Origin: Candidatus Coatesbacteria bacterium
GTDB taxonomy: Bacteria; JAFGND01
Assembly (NCBI GenBank): GCA_016927185.1
Contig: JAFGND010000057.1
Span: 1 to 64,000, forward strand
Length of the DNA: 64,000 bases
Reading direction: 5' to 3'
In this document: positions 10,601 to 21,221 of the stretch, piece after piece
Layout: each line of letters opens with the position of its first letter
Position numbering within the stretch: position 1 is the first letter of the stretch
Made by a program: the position numbers and the translations under genes
The notes under the pieces: model-generated
What the model was told of the DNA's origin: nothing
The model's database searches: none
Seen by the model: only the letters and a program-made list of their open reading frames with translations

Positions 10601-10973
10601 AATCATCTGGCAAATCACTTACTTGTGCAATCCTTGTAACGATTTCATCATATGCATCTTTTATTTGATTATCTGTAAGTTCTTCTTTTAAGACAACTCT
10701 TACCTGGGAACGTCCTTCAAAAGAATTTGATTCCAGATGATCTATATCAGACTGATCCCATACAGCATCTTCAATTTTCTTGGTGATGAGCTTTTCAATT
10801 TCTGCAGGAGGTGCCCCAGGATAGGCTGTTGTTATTGGAATCATTCCAAAACTTACTGATGGATAGCTTTCTCTTGGTATTTTTCCGACTGAGAATACTC
10901 CTGCAGAGATCGCTACCAATACCAATATTCTGACGAGAATAGGTTGATTCAAGAAGAATTTTATCAGAAACAT
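7680..10973 (-). CDS. RND efflux transporter permease (AcrB/AcrD/AcrF family)
   Basis: 1097 aa; AYPGAPPAEIE, GMLVDNSIV and RLRPILLT motifs; RND TM pattern. Confidence 0.93.
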   Translation of the reverse strand: MFLIKFFLNQPILVRILVLVAISAGVFSVGKIPRESYPSVSFGMIPITTAYPGAPPAEIEKLITKKIEDAVWDQSDIDHLESNSFEGRSQVRVVLKEELTDNQIKDAYDEIVTRIAQVSDLPDDSQQPVSFNADLSKFIPIIDIALSGPYSDLRIQEIAEKMRDKLQSTPGVSQVNIASSFTRLSAAGEQRQAWVELNPALLEQYGVTQNDVVNAIKLRNYNLPSGNIYSGQQEYVIRVMGEFESPEQINDVIVKSSPASLIKIKDIARTTFRLEKKNILTRESMNPALLLRIFKQSDSNIIDVVNNVRKDAKEFENTYPDTRITFRNDMGHEVNKVIGILVNNMYLGMLLVAVALFLLLGWKNASLTTFAIPFSFLVTFIFMYLTDYTFSSFSLFALLLASGMLVDNSIVIIDNINRYIKKGLPAREAAIEGAQEVIWPVFSSTLTTIFAFSPILMMSGRMGKMMAVFPMVVNMALLSSMGQALLFLPNLVALFMHEHETKKTPKPWGRKMWLAFFALLPITGTIWLIKRILKILKFLLDELEMIVTRRAEKGFELLVVYYQKALLWVIGKRYLLIITVVVFSSAVAMSMRFLDIRLYTEIERDYLVLQFDMPIGTKLEYTDSVTRIIEHELSKYPETEIMNLTTFVGYKEGGMGASTGYQNAQINIDLPEKEKRTLNNEQLMTKIRKFMNTLSMIKRYEFYQRLDGPPAGRPVEIRVLGDDLEKLNEYAERIKSDLEKMEGIADLSSTYEEGKMELRIIPYHERLRQYGLNYTEIATSIRQAVEGVIPGSFFTRNNEEVEILVKYDEKFVRDAEEIKSLKIPTKTGEYVMVADLADIKTIRGPTRIEHYNKTRMIRVLANVEGKLTSDKANRYIMEKYKDFEKENPGYRLRYGGRAEEQAKSFSSLGQAFIIAILLIFGILATQFRNAYQPLIVMITVPFAFVGVTLGLHISQLPISLNALISIIALAGVVVNNSIILVDFINQARLKGINRWESIIQAGALRLRPILLTSITTLSGLVPMALNLGGTNETFRPMAICFSWGLSFSTLLTLFMIPALVATFDDLTSKRGHLPENLDTPFEETKNKSKDINYFTKG

Positions 10974-10977
10974 CCTG

Positions 10978-12048
10978 CTACTCCACTGTCTCTATTATTT
11001 CCAGATTGTCTTTAAGCCTGGCAATGTTACTTGTAGCTATTTTTTCTCCTGTTTTCAAGCCACTCTCTATTATTATCTTGTCTTCAGATCTTTCTCCCAG
11101 TATCACTTCTCTAAGTTTAGCTGTCTTGTTTTCAATGATAAAAACGTACCATTTATTAAGCCTGTCAACAATATAAGAGGGTGGAAGGACTATTGCATTT
11201 TCAATCTGTTTTCCTTTGATTGTAATATATACTGTCATTCCTGATTTAAGTTCTAAATTCGAATTGTCCAGTCTTATTTCCACAGGGAAATTGAGGCTCT
11301 TATCACTTCTTCTCATGCTTATTGCGAAAACCCGACCTTTATATTGCTTTTCCTTTAAAAGTGGTGATGTTATTATGACTTCAGCTCCTTCAGAAATCTT
11401 CATTATATCCTGTTCTGATATACCAGCTGTTATTTTCATCTGCCTTGGATCCGTAATTACCATGGCTTGATAAGCAGGAGATATCATATCTCCCTTGTTG
11501 ACATTTCTCTCTGTAACATATCCATCATCAGGTGCAGTTACTGTTCCAAGACTTGCCTGTGCTCTTGCAGCATTTATCTGGGATTGAGTGGCTTTCAATT
11601 GGCTGTATGCAGCATCTACCTGAGTCTGAACCAAATCCCATTGAGCTGCTGACAATTCACCTCTTCTATATAGAATTTCCTGTCTTCTCGAGTTTCTGAG
11701 TGCAGCCTGATACTGGATCATGGCGTTTTCTGCCTGGGATTGAGCAAGCCTTATTGAAGCAGATGCAACACGCGTATCAATCCTGAAAAGTGTCTGTCCT
11801 TTCTTGACAAAATCTCCCAGATTAACTGGAACACTTGTAACAACACCTGATGTTTGAGGCGCTATCTTGACATCAACCATAGCTTGTAGAGTCCCGGAGG
11901 TTTTTATCTGGTATGAAAAAGTTTCAGTAGAAATTACCTTCACTTTGACTTTTACGTCTTCAGGTTTCCTTGTTGCTCTATTCTTCTTGCCATTGCAACC
12001 GGCATAAAAAAGCAAGAGGATTATGAATGCTAAAATGGTCTTTTGCAT
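10978..12048 (-). CDS. RND efflux periplasmic adaptor (MFP), lipoprotein
   Basis: Lipobox YAGC; biotinyl-like GDFVKKGQ, alpha hairpin, APDDG, GLKTGEK. Confidence 0.9.
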   Translation of the reverse strand: MQKTILAFIILLLFYAGCNGKKNRATRKPEDVKVKVKVISTETFSYQIKTSGTLQAMVDVKIAPQTSGVVTSVPVNLGDFVKKGQTLFRIDTRVASASIRLAQSQAENAMIQYQAALRNSRRQEILYRRGELSAAQWDLVQTQVDAAYSQLKATQSQINAARAQASLGTVTAPDDGYVTERNVNKGDMISPAYQAMVITDPRQMKITAGISEQDIMKISEGAEVIITSPLLKEKQYKGRVFAISMRRSDKSLNFPVEIRLDNSNLELKSGMTVYITIKGKQIENAIVLPPSYIVDRLNKWYVFIIENKTAKLREVILGERSEDKIIIESGLKTGEKIATSNIARLKDNLEIIETVE

Positions 12049-13430
12049 TACTCAACTCCCTGGTTTAAGAACTGATAGAAACTTAATTTAGCCAGAATGA
12101 AATCATATCTTGCAGAAGTAAGCTGCATTTCACTACTGTATAAAATCAAATCGGCATCTATTAAAGAAGTTGCATCGGTTAATCCCGCATCGTAATTATT
12201 TTTTATTTGATTATATTGAATTTTTGCGCTCTTCAGAGATTCTGAGTAAATCCTGATCTTCTTGGCATTCGTCACCATTGCATAAAAAGAACTCTGGGCA
12301 GCCAGCAAAATCCCACTTTCTCCATCAGCCTTGTTTATTTCTGCCTGGTCAAGAGCAGTTTTTGCTTTTGATGTATTCCATATCCTGGAGGTTCCCTTGA
12401 ATAAAGGAATACTTAGATTTACTGCCAGTATAGAGCTTCCTCCTCCCTTGAAATCCAGTTTTTCATCATCCTCTATTGTCTTTGTCCATGTCAGATTAAG
12501 AGAAGGACTGAAATTGCCAAGCGAGCTCATATATGCGAGTTTACTTATATTGATTGTCCTGTCCAGCATCTTTATTTTCTCGTTTGATTTCAGAACAGTT
12601 TCCTTCTTTTTCAACCATTCTGCTTCTATTTGCTCTGTGTTCAGTCTGGAAAGATATTCAACTTCATCTTCATATTCAGAGAAATTAAAAGCATCAGGCT
12701 CCGGCAGTATGTCTGCAGGCTTCAAGCCGAGAGTGTTCATCCAGCTGCATCTCAAAATGCTACTGCTATTCTTTACCTGAAGAAGATCATTCTCTTTTTC
12801 AAGGACTTTTACCTTGTACTGCTGCAAATCAGATTCTTTTGCTATGCCAGCAATTGATTGATTTTCAATTGTCTTGAGATTTGAGATACTGCTTTTCAGG
12901 CTTTGTTCGTTTACTTTCAATAGTTCCTTGAATTTCAGGATAGAAAAATAAAGCTCAGCTATCTTGTACTCAAGATCCAGTGAATCAACTTTCAGTTTCA
13001 TCTCACTCAGCTTGTAAGCTTCTTGAGCTTGCTTGTATCCCAACCATATTGATCCTCCATTCCATATAGGCTGGGAAACTACCAATTGAGTTGTATATGA
13101 GTTCTGAAAAACATCATCAGGAGGTTTTGAAGGGATTCCCAGGTTGGTTTCCGCAAGATATCTGGTATAACTGTAATCATATCCCATCTGCATTTTAGAG
13201 AATGTGTCTGAATCAATATGAACCAGGGTTGAAGACAATGTCACTTTTGGAAGCAAATTCCCCAAAGCTGAATATGAATTATGTTTTCCCTGTTTTGCAT
13301 CCAGTTTGCTGCTCAGATAAGACTTGTTTTTTTGATGAGCAAGCTTGACAGCTTCCTTTAATGTAATAGCATCAAGAAACGAAAACCCCAGCAGGGTAAC
13401 TATAGCACAAGAAAGTGAAAGAATCTTCAT
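12048..13430 (-). CDS. TolC-family outer membrane efflux protein
   Basis: Signal peptide; ITLKEAVKLA, LLPKV, QPIWNGG and IPLFKG repeats. Confidence 0.9.
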   Translation of the reverse strand: MKILSLSCAIVTLLGFSFLDAITLKEAVKLAHQKNKSYLSSKLDAKQGKHNSYSALGNLLPKVTLSSTLVHIDSDTFSKMQMGYDYSYTRYLAETNLGIPSKPPDDVFQNSYTTQLVVSQPIWNGGSIWLGYKQAQEAYKLSEMKLKVDSLDLEYKIAELYFSILKFKELLKVNEQSLKSSISNLKTIENQSIAGIAKESDLQQYKVKVLEKENDLLQVKNSSSILRCSWMNTLGLKPADILPEPDAFNFSEYEDEVEYLSRLNTEQIEAEWLKKKETVLKSNEKIKMLDRTINISKLAYMSSLGNFSPSLNLTWTKTIEDDEKLDFKGGGSSILAVNLSIPLFKGTSRIWNTSKAKTALDQAEINKADGESGILLAAQSSFYAMVTNAKKIRIYSESLKSAKIQYNQIKNNYDAGLTDATSLIDADLILYSSEMQLTSARYDFILAKLSFYQFLNQGVE

Positions 13431-13447
13431 AATTTCTCCGTTAGTTC

Positions 13448-14038
13448 TCAGGCTTTATGGATATACTGATTCATGTTTTTCATTATTTCATTTGTCTTTC
13501 TCAGAAGCACATCCATGATTTCTATTTCTATTTCTATTGGAAGCAAATGAAAATAGTCTGTCTCATTCTTGAGTTTTTCTATTTTCATTATCAATTTTTC
13601 TTTATACTCTGCCATGTCTTTATTCAAATCAGCCAGCATAGAAATACTTTCTTTATTCTTGAAGCAACCCAGGAAATGACTTCCAATAAGGAATTTAGGG
13701 ATTGACGGCTTGCTGCCGGTCTTGAAATGCTCTTTGAAAGCCTTTTGCAGCATTTTCTTGCCATTTTTTGTTATCTTGAAAACCTTGCATTCAGGATTGT
13801 TTCCTCTTTTCTCCTGATGACCAACAATAGCTCCCATTGAAACCAGCTTGTTAAGAGTTGGATATATCGAAGAGATCTTGATATTTGCCCATTCCAGCAA
13901 ATCGCATTGAATTATTCTCTTCTTCAGCTCATATCCATGAGCTTCCTTTTCCGAGAGCAGACATAGAATTATAAGAGATGTCTTGTTTTCTGCTTTCAGT
14001 TTTTCGAAAAGTACCTTGTCTTTGGGGGATAAAAACAC
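13448..14038 (-). CDS. PadR-family transcriptional regulator
   Basis: HGYEL, SIYPTLNKL and KVFKITKNG winged-helix motifs; GTG start; heads the efflux operon. Confidence 0.88.
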   Translation of the reverse strand: MFLSPKDKVLFEKLKAENKTSLIILCLLSEKEAHGYELKKRIIQCDLLEWANIKISSIYPTLNKLVSMGAIVGHQEKRGNNPECKVFKITKNGKKMLQKAFKEHFKTGSKPSIPKFLIGSHFLGCFKNKESISMLADLNKDMAEYKEKLIMKIEKLKNETDYFHLLPIEIEIEIMDVLLRKTNEIMKNMNQYIHKA

Positions 14039-14189
14039 TTTTACTCTTTAGTTTAAAAAAAAATAATTCAATAAGAACTAGTTTTTTTAAGCATAATTTT
14101 GTCAAGCTATTAAAATAAAGTTAAAAATGACTTGCCTTGCAAAATAAGTTATCAATTCCATGCAACAAAATAATTCAATGAGGTGTTAA

Positions 14190-16211
14190 ATGAGATTAGT
14201 TCTTATATTGTTACTAATTATAGGATTCCTTTCTGCAGAGGAAATATACAGAAAATCAGCAGGGAACAAAATATCAAAGAACGTGATGGCTTTCTTCGAT
14301 AAAGCTCCAGACGATTCATTGAAAGTATGGATTTTGTTTACAGATAAGGGAATGAAAAACGAAATGCAGGTTAAGTCATATCTGGCAAGCCATTCAGATT
14401 TAGTATCAAAGAGATCCCTTGATAGAAGAAAAAGAAGGAAAACCGGAAGCCTGCTAGAATATTGTGATATCCCGGTAAAGAAAGAATATGTCAGTTCCCT
14501 GGAACAGATGGGTTTAACAATATGCACCAAATCGAAATGGTTGAATGCAATAAGTACTTACATCAAGAAAAGGGATATTCAGAAGATTGCAGAATCAGAC
14601 TTCGTTTATTCAGTTATAAGGGTAGCAGTCTTCAAGAGGAGGAAAGTCATTCTTGACAAGAAAGGTCTGGGTTATAATGGAGATACTGATCCGTTCTATG
14701 GATATTCTCATTCCCAGATTTACACCATTGGTGTCATGGACGCACATAAATTAGGATTAACAGGCAAGGGTATTCTGATTTGCATGCTTGATGGTGGTTT
14801 CATGCTGGATCATGAATCTTTAAGGCATATAAGCAAGGTAGATGAATATGATTTCATAAACAAAGATAATTTTACCGGTTATGACAAAACCCAGGATACA
14901 CAAGGTCAGCCAAGTCACGGGACAATGACATTGTCTACTATAGGAGGTTATGCTCCAGGGAAATTGATAGGACCTGCATATGAAGCAGATTATCTGCTTT
15001 ACAAAACAGAAGATGATTCAGATGAAACTGAAATAGAGGAAACATACTGGACTGAGGGTATAGAGAAAGCGGACTCTCTTGGTGCTGATATAGTGAATTC
15101 GAGTCTCGGTTATAGTAAATGGTACTCCTATGAGGATTTTGATGGTCATACTGCAGTTACAACATTGGCAGCATCAAGGGCGGCACAGAATGGTATAATT
15201 GTCTGTAATTCAATGGGAAACGAAGGAACTTATGATTACGATGAAGGAACCCTGGTAGCACCTGCTGATGCTGACAGCATTTTATCACTTGGAGCCATAT
15301 TCTTTAACGGGCATTTATGTGCTTTTTCATCAACTGGACCTACATATGGTGGTGGAAATTATCCTTCAAGAATAAAGCCGGATCTTGTTGCTCCTGGCAG
15401 CTCGGTTATAGTTGCATATCCTTATACCATTGATGAGTACACTTCTGCTTCAGGAACTTCTTTCTCTTCTCCATTGACGGCAGGAGCGGTAGCTCTTGTT
15501 CTTCAGGCATTTCCTGACATGAAAGTATATGATGTCATAAAATTCATGAAAGATAATGCAGATAAGAGAGTGAAAGACTTCAATCCCAGCCAGGGAACGC
15601 TTCCGAATAATTTCTATGGGTGGGGAATAACTTATCTGGGAAATGCTCTTTCCGGAGGTCGTATTTATGCTTATGCCTATGATGCAATAAGCCAGGCACC
15701 TCTGGAAAATGTAGAGATAATGATAAGTGGTCCTGAACAGGCAGAAGGGAAGACAAAAAGCAATGGTGGATATTCCGGGAAATTCACGAAAGCTGGTACT
15801 TATTCAATACAGGCAAGTTTACAGGGATATGAAACTCAATCCAGTTCAGTTTCTTTTAACGGAACAAATGGTGCTGGATGCGATTTCCCCATGCTGAAGA
15901 AAGGATGGAGTTCATCAACAAGATCACTTGGTGCTTTTCCAAATCCAAGCAAGGGAGAAATCTGGTTCGGTTTCGAACTCCTTGAAAAATCTGAAGTGAC
16001 AATAAAAATATATAATTCCAATGGTACATTAATAAAGGATATTGTTGTCAAGGATCAGGAAAAGGGCATACATATGAGCACGACATCAGGTTCAGCTATT
16101 TACTGGGACGGCAAGGATAAGAATAACGTAAAAATGGGATCCGGTATTTACTTGTATGTTATAAAGATTGGTGATATAACCGAATCAGGAAAATTCGCAA
16201 TTATTCGTTGA
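14190..16211 (+). CDS. Secreted S8 (subtilisin-like) serine peptidase with CarboxypepD-like and FlgD-Ig/T9SS-type C-terminal domains
   Basis: Catalytic D (MLDGG), H (HGT) and S (GTSFSSP); C-terminal FPNP...IKIYN...WDGKD...SGIY. Confidence 0.9.
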   Translation: MRLVLILLLIIGFLSAEEIYRKSAGNKISKNVMAFFDKAPDDSLKVWILFTDKGMKNEMQVKSYLASHSDLVSKRSLDRRKRRKTGSLLEYCDIPVKKEYVSSLEQMGLTICTKSKWLNAISTYIKKRDIQKIAESDFVYSVIRVAVFKRRKVILDKKGLGYNGDTDPFYGYSHSQIYTIGVMDAHKLGLTGKGILICMLDGGFMLDHESLRHISKVDEYDFINKDNFTGYDKTQDTQGQPSHGTMTLSTIGGYAPGKLIGPAYEADYLLYKTEDDSDETEIEETYWTEGIEKADSLGADIVNSSLGYSKWYSYEDFDGHTAVTTLAASRAAQNGIIVCNSMGNEGTYDYDEGTLVAPADADSILSLGAIFFNGHLCAFSSTGPTYGGGNYPSRIKPDLVAPGSSVIVAYPYTIDEYTSASGTSFSSPLTAGAVALVLQAFPDMKVYDVIKFMKDNADKRVKDFNPSQGTLPNNFYGWGITYLGNALSGGRIYAYAYDAISQAPLENVEIMISGPEQAEGKTKSNGGYSGKFTKAGTYSIQASLQGYETQSSSVSFNGTNGAGCDFPMLKKGWSSSTRSLGAFPNPSKGEIWFGFELLEKSEVTIKIYNSNGTLIKDIVVKDQEKGIHMSTTSGSAIYWDGKDKNNVKMGSGIYLYVIKIGDITESGKFAIIR

Positions 16212-17841
16212 TAGGTACTGGATTTTGTAGCAGGTAATTGTTGAAATATTCAGCTTTCTTTTTGTATTGAGGGAATCTGGATAGATAATTTACAAGTGGT
16301 TTTGCTTCTTCAAACTTGCCCTGATTAATATATGCAGTTACTAGATTATTCACTGCAGGAAGGCAGTCAGGATTTTTTTTCAAGATATCCTTAAGAACTA
16401 TTTCTGTCTCATCATATCTGCCTGTCTCAATCAAGATATAACTAAGATTTACTAAAGCTCCGATAGGAGTTTCTTGCTTGAATTTCAAGATGGATATTGT
16501 CTGAAGCATAAAGAATATCAGGGAGCAAGCAAGAAATAGATATTTCCTTCTTGTGAACCACTCTTTAATCAGAAAGAGACCTGAAGAGCTTAATATAAGA
16601 AATGCGGGAACAAGAAGTACCCTGAACCTTGATATTACAAGAAAAACTATTAATGGAAGCAGCAGGAGAAACGCAAGAAGTATTAGCTGATAAGAATCCT
16701 TGAGCCTGTCTCTGTTTTTCCCCCAAAAAACGCTTAATACGCCCAGAACGAAGAAAGGAAAAAGAATTCCCCAGTTCAGGAAAAAAATATTCAGTATTCC
16801 AAGGTATCTGTTCTTTTCAAGGTACATGTCATAGATTTCACTTGTTTCTATTGGTGAATAAACAAGAATTATTTTCTTCAATTCCAGTTTGATCCATTTT
16901 AATGGTTTTTTTCTAATGAATTCCATGCCTTTTTTCCAGAAAAACTGGTCTGCATCCCAGACGGAAAGCTGCCTTTTTTCATAGGTTGATGCATAATTAA
17001 TCATATCCCTGGTTTGCTGCTTCAAATCATCGGAAATTCCAGGGATAGTACAATAAGTTCCCTGGGCATTCTCATTATTACCCATATAAAATGTCAGTCC
17101 ACCATTCGGGGCATTGATTGAAAATCTTCCAGTTTTTATGTAATTATAATATCCAGATGGTATTATAGATATGAAAGTCAATACGAATGGCAGGGATTTA
17201 TGAAGGATCATTTGCAGTTTGCTCCTGTAAGTAGTTTTTTCCAGTAAATAAAGGATCTCAAACACAGCCACTATCAAGATGAACTGACTTCTTATCAGTA
17301 TGCAAAGACCTCCTGCAAATCCCAGTAAAACTGCAAATCTTGCCTGTTTTTCCTTTCTGTACATGTAGAAAAAAAGCAAAAAAACTGATAAAAAGAAGAC
17401 TGCGAAGATTTCAGGGAGTATCTTTGTGATATAAAAAGCATAAGGCATGTAGAAAATGAGAAGCAGAGAAGCAATAAAAGAATGTGTTTTAGTGAAGATT
17501 ATACTCCATAATTCATACAAGATCAATACAGTCATTATTGCGATTACTGACTGAAGGAGATAGACATAAATGATGTTTGAGCCTGCGATCTTGATGAAGA
17601 GTATAAGAATCATTGTATATAATGGGGCATTATAAAAAAAATCTGGAAAAGGTTTATTAAATTGAGCAATATCAACCGCTGTTACCCAGTAATTCAATGA
17701 ATCTACAACAGGTATTCTTGAAAATGGAGATTTTGAAATATATTGCTGAAAAAGCATCAGATAGACTATCATTGAAATTATCAAGAGAATAGCAGAACCA
17801 TACTTTTCGATGATGTCAGAAAATTCGTCTTTTTTCAGCAT
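16201..17841 (-). CDS. ArnT/PMT-like (GT-C) membrane glycosyltransferase with C-terminal TPR
   Basis: Many TM segments; VDSLNY, APLY, LTFYMGNN and SRFR motifs; TPR-like tail. Confidence 0.8.
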   Translation of the reverse strand: MLKKDEFSDIIEKYGSAILLIISMIVYLMLFQQYISKSPFSRIPVVDSLNYWVTAVDIAQFNKPFPDFFYNAPLYTMILILFIKIAGSNIIYVYLLQSVIAIMTVLILYELWSIIFTKTHSFIASLLLIFYMPYAFYITKILPEIFAVFFLSVFLLFFYMYRKEKQARFAVLLGFAGGLCILIRSQFILIVAVFEILYLLEKTTYRSKLQMILHKSLPFVLTFISIIPSGYYNYIKTGRFSINAPNGGLTFYMGNNENAQGTYCTIPGISDDLKQQTRDMINYASTYEKRQLSVWDADQFFWKKGMEFIRKKPLKWIKLELKKIILVYSPIETSEIYDMYLEKNRYLGILNIFFLNWGILFPFFVLGVLSVFWGKNRDRLKDSYQLILLAFLLLLPLIVFLVISRFRVLLVPAFLILSSSGLFLIKEWFTRRKYLFLACSLIFFMLQTISILKFKQETPIGALVNLSYILIETGRYDETEIVLKDILKKNPDCLPAVNNLVTAYINQGKFEEAKPLVNYLSRFPQYKKKAEYFNNYLLQNPVPINE

Positions 17842-17855
17842 GATTCTGTTAATTT

Positions 17856-19001
17856 TTATTTTACTGAATACTTTATGGGATTTGCATCTGGATTTATTTT
17901 TTTCATGGCAGCCAGATATTCCTCAGATTTTTCCTTGTTTTTGTTTCTTGTTGAAACCTCATAGAGGACTTGATAGGCAAGCAAATCTTTTGGATCAATC
18001 TTGAGAGCATTTTGAGCATATTGTTCAGCATCCTTCAGATTATTCTCGAAAATACTGCAATGTGCAATTATACTGCTGAGACTTCTCAGATTGTCATACT
18101 TATTCACAAGAGGTTTCAGAATCTCAATTGCATTTGCATATTGCTTTTTTTCCATATAGCATCTTCCTAGAAAAAAATCTGTTTCCGGAGCAGCATTTTT
18201 ATCCGCTTTCTTTACTGTCTCAAGATAGGAAAGGGCATCATCCCAGTTTCCAGTTTGTGCCAATGACAATCCTATGTACATCTTCATGACAAGATTATCA
18301 GGCTTTTTCTTCTCTATCTTCCTCAGGTAGTCCAGTGCTTCTTTATAACTTCCCATTCTATAAAGGACTATACCATAAGCAATCTGAATTGAAGTATCTC
18401 CAGGAATTAAATCAATAGCCTTCTGATAGTTCTTCCTGGCTTCAACATAATCACCCTTTCTTTCATACACTAATCCCAGCCTTGAATAAATCTGACCAAG
18501 CCTTACCTGATCAATATCACTTTCTTGCTTCAATGCGTCTTTCAATGATTTTTCAGCCTGGTGAAATTTCTCCCATGAAATGAAGACTACTGCTCTTTCA
18601 TATTCAATTATCCATTTCTTGTTGCCTACTTTTTTCTCGGCAGCTTCAAGTTCATTTAATGCAGACAAGTACTTGTTCTCTTCCCTTAATACAGTTGCCT
18701 TGTTTATATGATAAATTGGATTTGTTGTATCAATCTTCAATGCTTGATCATAATAATCAATAGCATCTTTGTAACGTTTCTGATCAGCTGAGATATTGCC
18801 TAAACCGTTCAGGGCTTTTGCTGACTTCAAATCCGCTTTTAGTGCCTGTTCAAACAATTCTTTCGCTTTGTCAAGGTTTCCATTTTTATATTCCTTCAAT
18901 GCTTCGTCAGAAAGATTTTCTGCTTTTCTTGTATCAGAGCAGGCATAGAACAAAAGCGATAAAATCAACATTATCAAGATTATCAGATTGTTGCATTTCA
19001 T
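17856..19001 (-). CDS. TPR-repeat lipoprotein
   Basis: Lipobox FYAC; multiple TPR repeats (A...Y.QAL.IDP pattern). Confidence 0.85.
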   Translation of the reverse strand: MKCNNLIILIMLILSLLFYACSDTRKAENLSDEALKEYKNGNLDKAKELFEQALKADLKSAKALNGLGNISADQKRYKDAIDYYDQALKIDTTNPIYHINKATVLREENKYLSALNELEAAEKKVGNKKWIIEYERAVVFISWEKFHQAEKSLKDALKQESDIDQVRLGQIYSRLGLVYERKGDYVEARKNYQKAIDLIPGDTSIQIAYGIVLYRMGSYKEALDYLRKIEKKKPDNLVMKMYIGLSLAQTGNWDDALSYLETVKKADKNAAPETDFFLGRCYMEKKQYANAIEILKPLVNKYDNLRSLSSIIAHCSIFENNLKDAEQYAQNALKIDPKDLLAYQVLYEVSTRNKNKEKSEEYLAAMKKINPDANPIKYSVK

Positions 19002-19117
19002 CAGATTTTCCTTTCAAGAATTTGTTATGAAAAGCTTTTCAGGCAATAAGTTTTTGTCAATTTTTTTATTAAGCATTGCAAAAAAACGCAAGTTTTATAC
19101 TCAAGGTTAATAAAGCA

Positions 19118-19999
19118 ATGAATAGAATAATAAAACAACTCATACCATTCGACTATATTGTATTAAGCCATCTATTGATTCTGGTAGTCTTGCAGATATT
19201 GTGGGGTTATATCCATAATACAATATCTCACTTCCTTTATATAAATATCATATTGATCGGTATGATATTTGTTTTCATAAAATCTTATAATAAGTGGCAC
19301 AAGAATCCCGTAATCATTTTTTTCAGATTCTTTTATCCTCCATTATATGTCACCTTTCTATATAAGAATATGAATGATCTGGTTCATTTTTTTCATTACA
19401 ATTCATTTGATTATCTAATAGATAAAATCGACAGATTCTTCTTTTTGGGGTATGCTCCTGTTCTGCTTTTACAGAAGCTGGTTTCACCAATATTAACAGA
19501 AATAATGCATTTCGGTTATATGTCTTACTATTTTTATATGCCTGTTGTCGCATTCAGTTTATTCTTTTTCAGAAAGGAAGAGTTTCCCAGATATATTTTC
19601 TCAATCATGTGTATGTATGCAGTTTCCTTTTTGATGTTTGCAATCCTGCCAGTACAAAGTCCAAGATTTTTTTATCCTGAGATCTTTCTTCCTCCACAAA
19701 ATGGCTACTGGATAAAGCATCTCAATGATATCATAATGGACAATCAGGCATTATGTGGAGGTTCCTTGCCTTCCTCGCATGTCGGTCTGGCAGTAATTTC
19801 TAGCATATTTTATTTCCGGTATAATAAAACATACGGAAGCATTTCAGTATTCTTTACTTTATTGCTATGTATATCAACCATATATGGAAGATATCACTAT
19901 TTCAGTGATGTCTTGCTTGGAATTATCATAGGAATTTTGTTCGCATATTTGTCTATAAGATATCATCCAGAAAAAAGCTACAGGATAAATTATGCTTAG
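19118..19999 (+). CDS. PAP2-family (AUR1-like) membrane phosphatase/phosphotransferase
   Basis: PVQSPR, PSSH and RYHYFSD motifs; multiple TMs; exact start uncertain. Confidence 0.85.
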   Translation: MNRIIKQLIPFDYIVLSHLLILVVLQILWGYIHNTISHFLYINIILIGMIFVFIKSYNKWHKNPVIIFFRFFYPPLYVTFLYKNMNDLVHFFHYNSFDYLIDKIDRFFFLGYAPVLLLQKLVSPILTEIMHFGYMSYYFYMPVVAFSLFFFRKEEFPRYIFSIMCMYAVSFLMFAILPVQSPRFFYPEIFLPPQNGYWIKHLNDIIMDNQALCGGSLPSSHVGLAVISSIFYFRYNKTYGSISVFFTLLLCISTIYGRYHYFSDVLLGIIIGILFAYLSIRYHPEKSYRINYA

Positions 20000-21221
20000 G
20001 ATAGTAAATGTTATACCAGGCTCAAAAGCTTCAGAATTGGGCTTTGAGAAAGGAGATATAATTCTTTCCATAAATGGTCAATTGGTTAATGATGTTACTG
20101 ATTACATAGTATTGAGAGATGCAAGGGAAGTCTGGGAAATATTGAATAGCAGGGATAAATCGGTTTATGAGATTGAAATAGAGAGGGATAACAATTTTGG
20201 TCTTGAATTTAGTGAACCCAAATGGCATAGATGCACAAATAATTGCGTATTTTGCTTTGTTGATCAGAATCCTCCAGAATTGAGAAAGACAGTTTATTTC
20301 AAGGATGAGGATTTCAGGCTTTCATATCTTACTGGCAGTTATATAACCTTGTCAAATATCTCAAAAAGAAGCTGGGAGAGAATTGTATCAGGGCTTTTCT
20401 CTCCTTTATATATATCTATTCACTCCCTGAACAGTAATACGAGGCAGAAACTCCTGGGATGTCATGAGAAAATAGATATAAGAGATAAGCTCATTCAGTT
20501 GAAGGAATGCGGGATCAATTTTCATGCCCAGATAGTAGTTGTTCCAGGATATAATGACGGAGATGATCTCAAGGAGACACTAGAAGCTTGTGCTGAATTT
20601 TATCCAAATCTTTGCTCAATTTCTGTAATCCCGGTTGGTCTAACCTGTCATAGGAAGCATTTGGTTGATATCAAACCAGTTGACCAGAAAACTGCAAAGA
20701 GGATAATAATGTATTTGAGAAAGACAGGGGAGGATAATATAAGACGCTTTGGAAAGAGAATTATATTTCCATCGGACGAGATGTTTCTAATTGCGGGAGA
20801 AAAAATACCTGGAAGACATTTTTATGAGGATTTTCCACAATTAGAAAATGGCGTTGGATTGATTTCTGATTTCATGAATTCGAAAAAACCAGCAGGGGAG
20901 TTTCAGGCATTATTTCTTACAGGAAAAAGCTTTGAACCTTATCTCAAGGACTATCTAAGTAAAGTCAAAGGAGCTTTGGTTCTTTCAGTAAGGAATAAGA
21001 CTTTTGGAGATTCCGTAAATGTTGCTGGTCTTTTGACAGGAAAAGACATAATGGATTTTCTTATAAAAATCAAACCAGAAAAGACTGTTTATATTCCAGA
21101 TATATGCTTGAATGATGATTATGAATTTCTTGATAATATCAAACTTGTGGATATAGAAAAGAAACTCAATATATCAATCAAGGCAATTGACAAGGTTACT
21201 TTGGATAGACTATTTAGTTGA
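19992..21221 (+). CDS. PDZ / DUF512 radical-SAM-like Fe-S oxidoreductase
   Basis: N-terminal PDZ-like domain; CTNNCVFC; KDEDFRLS; PQLENGVG; VAGLLTGKD. Confidence 0.88.
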   Translation: MLRIVNVIPGSKASELGFEKGDIILSINGQLVNDVTDYIVLRDAREVWEILNSRDKSVYEIEIERDNNFGLEFSEPKWHRCTNNCVFCFVDQNPPELRKTVYFKDEDFRLSYLTGSYITLSNISKRSWERIVSGLFSPLYISIHSLNSNTRQKLLGCHEKIDIRDKLIQLKECGINFHAQIVVVPGYNDGDDLKETLEACAEFYPNLCSISVIPVGLTCHRKHLVDIKPVDQKTAKRIIMYLRKTGEDNIRRFGKRIIFPSDEMFLIAGEKIPGRHFYEDFPQLENGVGLISDFMNSKKPAGEFQALFLTGKSFEPYLKDYLSKVKGALVLSVRNKTFGDSVNVAGLLTGKDIMDFLIKIKPEKTVYIPDICLNDDYEFLDNIKLVDIEKKLNISIKAIDKVTLDRLFS